From Candidatus Heimdallarchaeota archaeon (GTDB lineage: Archaea > Asgardarchaeota > Heimdallarchaeia > Heimdallarchaeales > Kariarchaeaceae): a DNA stretch of 32,000 nt. The stretch spans positions 60,001-92,000 of the forward strand of contig JASBSB010000004.1 of the NCBI GenBank assembly GCA_030149205.1, given 5' to 3'. Positions 27,834 through 32,000 of the stretch are shown here, piece after piece (position 1 is the first letter of the stretch; each line of letters opens with the position of its first letter). A program made the translations under genes and the position numbers. Below the pieces are notes generated by a model, which was given only the letters and a program-made list of their open reading frames with translations, was not told the DNA's origin and did no database searches.

Positions 27834-28268
27834 ATGATCAAGGTACCCATCACCCATAAAACTCTGGTGCGAGCTCCTCAGAAAGATGTCTTTGATGCGA
27901 TGACCAAACCTCACCTGCTTAATCAATGGTTTACTGAGGGAACCACTGCTGACCTAATAAACGGTGGTGAGCTTATTCTCAGGTGGAAGGATTGGGGTCC
28001 AGATAAAGTTACAACAGAAGCTACTTGTCCTATTGTTACCTATCAACCTAGCTCTAAGTTTGTGTTTAAATGGTGGGAAGACCATTACACAACAGTTTCA
28101 ATTCATTTCCAAAAACTCAGTGATTCTGAAACTCTCGTCCTATTATCTGAGGAGGGGTATGAAGACAATGAGGAGGGTTGGAGAAGATGTCTAGAGTGTG
28201 CCACAGGTTGGGGAGAGGCAATTACTCTCCTCAAGATATTTGTTGAACATGGTATCTCTTACAAATGA
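27834..28268 (+). CDS. SRPBCC/AHSA1 (START-like fold) protein
   Basis: IRAP-like VRAPQKDVFDAMTKPHLLNQWF, FKWW, C-terminal GW..GW..L helix. TATAAA at 27805-27810. Confidence 0.87.
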   Translation: MIKVPITHKTLVRAPQKDVFDAMTKPHLLNQWFTEGTTADLINGGELILRWKDWGPDKVTTEATCPIVTYQPSSKFVFKWWEDHYTTVSIHFQKLSDSETLVLLSEEGYEDNEEGWRRCLECATGWGEAITLLKIFVEHGISYK

Positions 28269-28294
28269 ATATTCACGTATGTCTTCCAAAAAAT

Positions 28295-28414
28295 TACCAA
28301 ACATCTACCAAACCTTTACCAAACATCTACCAAGTATCTACCAAGCATCTATCAAACATCTATCAACAATTCCCAATCATTTATCAAATATCCATCAAAC
28401 ATTTGCCAAGCTTA
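28295..28414 (+). repeat. Intergenic tandem repeat, 11 units of an 11-bp motif (consensus TACCAAACATC)
   Basis: Units: TACCAAACATC, TACCAAACCTT, TACCAAACATC, TACCAAGTATC, TACCAAGCATC, TATCAAACATC, TATCAACAAT (10 nt), TCCCAATCATT, TATCAAATATC, CATCAAACATT, TGCCAAGCTTA. Confidence 0.92.
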
Positions 28415-28584
28415 TTCCGAACAACTTTCAAAGATTTTCCTCGGGTTTTTCAAAATTATCATTTTCATATCAAATTTCCATTTAGGTATATTAGTCGTAA
28501 ATTATATGCTAATAATAACAAATTGTATCTGACAATTGTTTACCTTACTCCCTCAAAGTTCAAAAGTCATGAGAAGCTTAATCG

Positions 28585-29712
28585 TTGATGGAAACAGAGG
28601 ATATCCTGTATCAGTTTCAGATCATTATCGGGAGCATCTGGTTCTTGCTTTACTTTGAGATTCTGTTGCACTTGTTCTCCATGATATTTGTCCTCAACTT
28701 CACAACTGCCGGGATTAATTCCACTGTATTCTTGGTTCTTCTGACCCTTACTGGTATCAGTATCCCAGTGGTTCAAAGAAAAATCTTTCAATCAAAAAAT
28801 ACCTTGTATTTTACCATAGTGGTTGCTGGAGTTTCAGGTATGTTAACTGTTGTTCCTAATGCACTGTTCTCGATAATCATCTCCTTAGGTTTTCTCTATT
28901 TCAGCCTTCCATTGATCTTGATGATTGCAAATCATGTCAACAGACGTTTTGTCTTTTCAATCTCATATGCATTAGTTTTGGAATATTTCTTTCAATCAAT
29001 GTTTGAGGGCATTGGGTTCTTTGGAACTGTCGTTAATAAAACCATACTTGCATTTCTGGTTCTGTTTTGGACTGCTTTGTCACTTTACTTCTTAAACAAG
29101 TATTATCATGACTACATAGAATCACCAAGTGCTCAGACAAATAACTTTACCATGGTGATGATTTTTGGCTATTTTTTTATTACAACCCTAGAATCACCAT
29201 ATCTTATCGCATCCTGGATTAACCCCCACAGTATTTTTGGTCTTAACGGAACCAACAATTTCTTCTATGTCGTAAAACTTTCCCTGATCCTATTTTTTGC
29301 ATTGGGTGCTGTGTTGTTGGATTTATTGACCTATCGAGAGGATTTTTCTCTGTGGTTTCTAAGAGGAAGATATACACCTGTTATTTTATCTGGGGCCTTT
29401 CTTGTAGGATTGGCAGATCTGATGTGGTTGGATCTTATCACCCCCATTGATATTTTTATTCTTGTCTATGTGTCATTGACCTTTATCCGGGAAAGTGGTC
29501 ATGCGTACAGACAAAATGGGCACAATAAGCTTATAATTCTGCAAATCATACAAACATTGTTGATATTTCTTTATGCAACAGCTGGGAATTGGGCATTTGT
29601 TCCAGGTGTCTTAAAGCCCATAGTCAGAAACAACGCACCCCTATTCATTTTTTTGACAGGTGTTGTAGTTGTAATTACATATTTAGTATCAAGAGGTGCT
29701 GATATTACATGA
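28585..29712 (+). CDS. Polytopic membrane protein (about 10-11 TMs), translationally coupled to an EEP gene
   Basis: 375 aa, highly hydrophobic; ATGA overlap at 29709-29712. Confidence 0.8.
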   Translation: MMETEDILYQFQIIIGSIWFLLYFEILLHLFSMIFVLNFTTAGINSTVFLVLLTLTGISIPVVQRKIFQSKNTLYFTIVVAGVSGMLTVVPNALFSIIISLGFLYFSLPLILMIANHVNRRFVFSISYALVLEYFFQSMFEGIGFFGTVVNKTILAFLVLFWTALSLYFLNKYYHDYIESPSAQTNNFTMVMIFGYFFITTLESPYLIASWINPHSIFGLNGTNNFFYVVKLSLILFFALGAVLLDLLTYREDFSLWFLRGRYTPVILSGAFLVGLADLMWLDLITPIDIFILVYVSLTFIRESGHAYRQNGHNKLIILQIIQTLLIFLYATAGNWAFVPGVLKPIVRNNAPLFIFLTGVVVVITYLVSRGADIT

Positions 29713-30560
29713 GATATAGAACAAACATCCTGGTTGTGTTGTTAATGGTCTCAACATTGGTCTATCCACCAATAGTTTATATTGCACATAGACCTCCTCA
29801 GACCTCTCCACCAGAGTATCTAAAGGTTATGACCTTCAACATCCACCAATTTTTTGTCGAAGATTATGTTTCTATATCAGAAAAGACAGGAGAATTGAAT
29901 TTCAATAATCTTTTACAGACAATCTATGAGATAAATCCAGACATTATAGGTCTACAAGAAAGCGAAGGTGGGAGATTAACTCATGGAAACCTAAATGGAG
30001 TTCATTGGTTGGCAACTAAGCTCAAAATGTATTATTTCTTTGGACCTGAAACAAGTGATCAGATCTATGGGGTGTCATTGCTCTCGAAATTTCCAATCTC
30101 CTCTGCTGAGGTTATCCCACTCCCAAACCAAGAATCCATTGAAAGGGTTTTGGTAAGAGCAACATTAGCCATAGGAACCAAAAATGTCCAGGTCATGATC
30201 ACCCATCTTCAGACAAGTTCATACAAGCTAGACCAAAGATTACAGGTACAAAAAATAATTTCTGAGATCGGGACGACACCCACGCTACTTTTAGGTGACT
30301 TTAACACACGCTCAGACCTGAACGATGAGGCATACACCATGCTTAATGCAAGGTATGATGACGCATTTGAGATGGCAGGTAACAACCCCAACTCATCCTT
30401 AGGATTTAGCTCACCAGCTGGGAATCCCTCTCACAGAGTGGACTACATTTGGTTGACAAGAGGCCATTGGCTTGTTAAGTCAGATTCTGTCAAAACAGCA
30501 GGAAATGAGTTTGTTTCAGATCATCTTGCTGTGTATGGCTTGATAAAGATCAATTTTTAA
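29709..30560 (+). CDS. Membrane-anchored endonuclease/exonuclease/phosphatase (EEP) domain protein, Cwh43/PGAP2IP C-domain-like
   Basis: N-terminal TM; VMTFNIH, GLQE, THL, LGDFN, RVDYIW, SDH catalytic set. Confidence 0.88.
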   Translation: MRYRTNILVVLLMVSTLVYPPIVYIAHRPPQTSPPEYLKVMTFNIHQFFVEDYVSISEKTGELNFNNLLQTIYEINPDIIGLQESEGGRLTHGNLNGVHWLATKLKMYYFFGPETSDQIYGVSLLSKFPISSAEVIPLPNQESIERVLVRATLAIGTKNVQVMITHLQTSSYKLDQRLQVQKIISEIGTTPTLLLGDFNTRSDLNDEAYTMLNARYDDAFEMAGNNPNSSLGFSSPAGNPSHRVDYIWLTRGHWLVKSDSVKTAGNEFVSDHLAVYGLIKINF

Positions 30561-30596
30561 AATTTTTAAGGGTGTTTTTAAGAGAAACCCGCAGCT

Positions 30597-31202
30597 TTAA
30601 AATAGGTCATTTTTACGATGCTTTGGACAAACTGGACTTCTGTACTCAACGGTTCCAGCCCCTAAGGTTATTTCATATATATTTAACATTCTTGTCTTCT
30701 TTCCACAGAAATGACAATAAAAATGATCCTGAGTGATCTCAGTCCTGGTTGGAAACCTATAGAATCGGTTATGAATCCTTCTCTTTTCGTTTTGCCAATT
30801 TGAGGTTAACTCCATCCCAAACTGAGTGTTCTTTGGTCTGTCTCCTGTTTTCGATGTGATATAATACCAGAGAATGAGGTCAAACAACTGAACAAGTTTT
30901 TGTGTTGGTATCAATCTTACAGCATTGATCTTGATTATGAACTCCTCAAGGTTTATCTGCACATCTACACGGTTCATCGTATCATATTTAGTTTCCATAT
31001 ATTTTTTATCTATTGAGGACATTGCTTGAGCAAGCTTCTCAACCAAATTATACAATATCTTCTGCTTTCTGAGTTGTGAGGTTTTAAACACAATATACAA
31101 CTCATTGGACTCAACCCGAATCAGCTTTTCTTTGATAGTTAGATTGAAGCTTTGAGCAAATACCTTCATTAATTCAATTGGGTATTGCAGTTGAAGTTTC
31201 AT
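30597..31202 (-). CDS. Hypothetical protein with C-terminal zinc ribbon (CxxC...CxxH)
   Basis: FYCHFCGKK...PVCPKH. TATA box TTTATAAA at 31229-31236. Confidence 0.7.
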   Translation of the reverse strand: MKLQLQYPIELMKVFAQSFNLTIKEKLIRVESNELYIVFKTSQLRKQKILYNLVEKLAQAMSSIDKKYMETKYDTMNRVDVQINLEEFIIKINAVRLIPTQKLVQLFDLILWYYITSKTGDRPKNTQFGMELTSNWQNEKRRIHNRFYRFPTRTEITQDHFYCHFCGKKTRMLNIYEITLGAGTVEYRSPVCPKHRKNDLF

Positions 31203-31228
31203 CTTATACTATATAATATACTTTCTCC

Positions 31229-31236
31229 TTTATAAA
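31229..31236 (-). promoter_or_regulatory. TATA box for the zinc-ribbon gene
   Basis: TTTATAAA 27-34 nt upstream of ATG 31202. Confidence 0.55.
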
Positions 31237-31420
31237 GCTCTTCAGACTGGCATAAAAGTGAATATTTATTTGCTTTTCCTTCATCTTTTTAAATCTTTGA
31301 TTTGGTCAGAATAAACTGAAAGTTTTGTGCATCAGGGTTAGTTATGTATTTCTTATTGATATTCACCACAGCAAGGACTTCAACCTATAAGGTTATCTAA
31401 GGACTGAACTTTGGACACAA

Positions 31421-32000
31421 GTGGTAGTCTCTGCAGCAGTCTTTGCACTTGTCAGTGTTGTGATCTTCAGTGTTACCTCAGTTTACACCAAATTTCTTAT
31501 CCCACAGCTTGGTGGTCCCTACAAATTTCTTGCCACTCAACTTACAATAGGTGGGGTATTCACAACAGCTATCCTGCTCTTTTCAGGTGATACAATACCT
31601 CAAGACCTGCTCCACTCACAGTCTGTTCAATTGGAATTTCTGATATCATCACTGTTTGCCTTCTTTGGTTTTCTAACCCTGATGCAGGGCTTTGCAAAGG
31701 GAAATGCCTCTGTGGGTGGAATCTTTATCTCCTCCAGATTGATCATCAGTATTCCCACTGCCTTCATTTTCCTTGGAGAAAAATTCCCACCTTATATCTA
31801 TCTTTTTATTTTTGTCACTTTTATTGGTGCCATCATAGTCTCATGGGATGAAAGCCTATCATTAGGGGACGTACTCTTCTTTCGTGCAAAGGGTGTAAAA
31901 TGGTTTCTCATGACAATGATCTTCTGGGCACTATCGAATGTATTTATTCGTAAACTTAGCCCCTCTTTGTCCACAGTACAGTTCATTGCTTACAGACAGT
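31421..32000 (+). CDS. EamA/DMT-family transporter, 5' part (runs off the window; absent from the ORF track)
   Basis: Manual translation from GTG 31421: MVVSAAVFALVSVVIFSVTSVYTKFL...GFAKGNASVGGIF...AFIFLGEKF...GAIIVS..., open to base 32000. Confidence 0.85.
   Translation, partial: MVVSAAVFALVSVVIFSVTSVYTKFLIPQLGGPYKFLATQLTIGGVFTTAILLFSGDTIPQDLLHSQSVQLEFLISSLFAFFGFLTLMQGFAKGNASVGGIFISSRLIISIPTAFIFLGEKFPPYIYLFIFVTFIGAIIVSWDESLSLGDVLFFRAKGVKWFLMTMIFWALSNVFIRKLSPSLSTVQFIAYRQ

Noticed and set aside
28295-28414. Possible CRISPR array
   Set aside because: Units are 11 bp, contiguous and without spacers; no cas genes or leader.
28198-28588. ORFs 28198-28485 and 28265-28588
   Set aside because: They are translations of the G-poor 11-bp repeat, which lacks stops on this strand. 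A period not divisible by 3 argues against a coding repeat.
40-31986. Remaining short ORF-track entries overlapping longer genes (e.g. 40-222, 1433-1675, 2750-3100, 10408-10617, 19704-20021, 21444-21788, 25607-25948, 31798-31986)
   Set aside because: Antisense or alternate-frame shadows of well-supported CDSs, with no recognisable motifs.
1-32000. tRNA, rRNA or riboswitch genes
   Set aside because: No GC-rich structured intergenic stretch or tRNA arm motifs seen by eye. tRNAscan-SE/Infernal would be needed to exclude them fully.

Overview
AT-rich (about 35% GC by spot counts), gene-dense archaeal chromosome segment. An archaeal RadA-family ATPase, a PAC2 proteasome chaperone, a TrmB/COG3355-type regulator and BRE/TATA promoters close to start codons sit among many bacterial-type metabolic and transport genes. 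That mix suggests an Asgard archaeon, possibly Heimdallarchaeia (inference, not a marker-gene result). Housekeeping-type content: fumC 3' end, ACT-serB, MFS, LLM/F420 oxidoreductase, tldD/tldE, alkA, two ABC systems, CorB/CNNM, MCP, SRPBCC, EamA. The standout is a stand-alone, AT-richer class II diterpene cyclase (beta-gamma CPS/HPS type, about 505 aa, DSDD acid motif) at 24411-22894. Also notable: a RadA paralog with no N-terminal domain and eroded DNA-binding residues; a split Cwh43/PGAP2IP-like membrane + EEP gene pair; an 11-bp-period tandem repeat that decays in one direction; a ~375-bp decayed duplication of the MFS 3' end bracketing an orphan gene, with a tldE-matching 32-mer at the junction; and an in-frame TGA in an ICMT/MddA-like methyltransferase gene. 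No rRNA, tRNA, CRISPR array or transposase was seen. All homology calls are from motif recognition; no searches were run.
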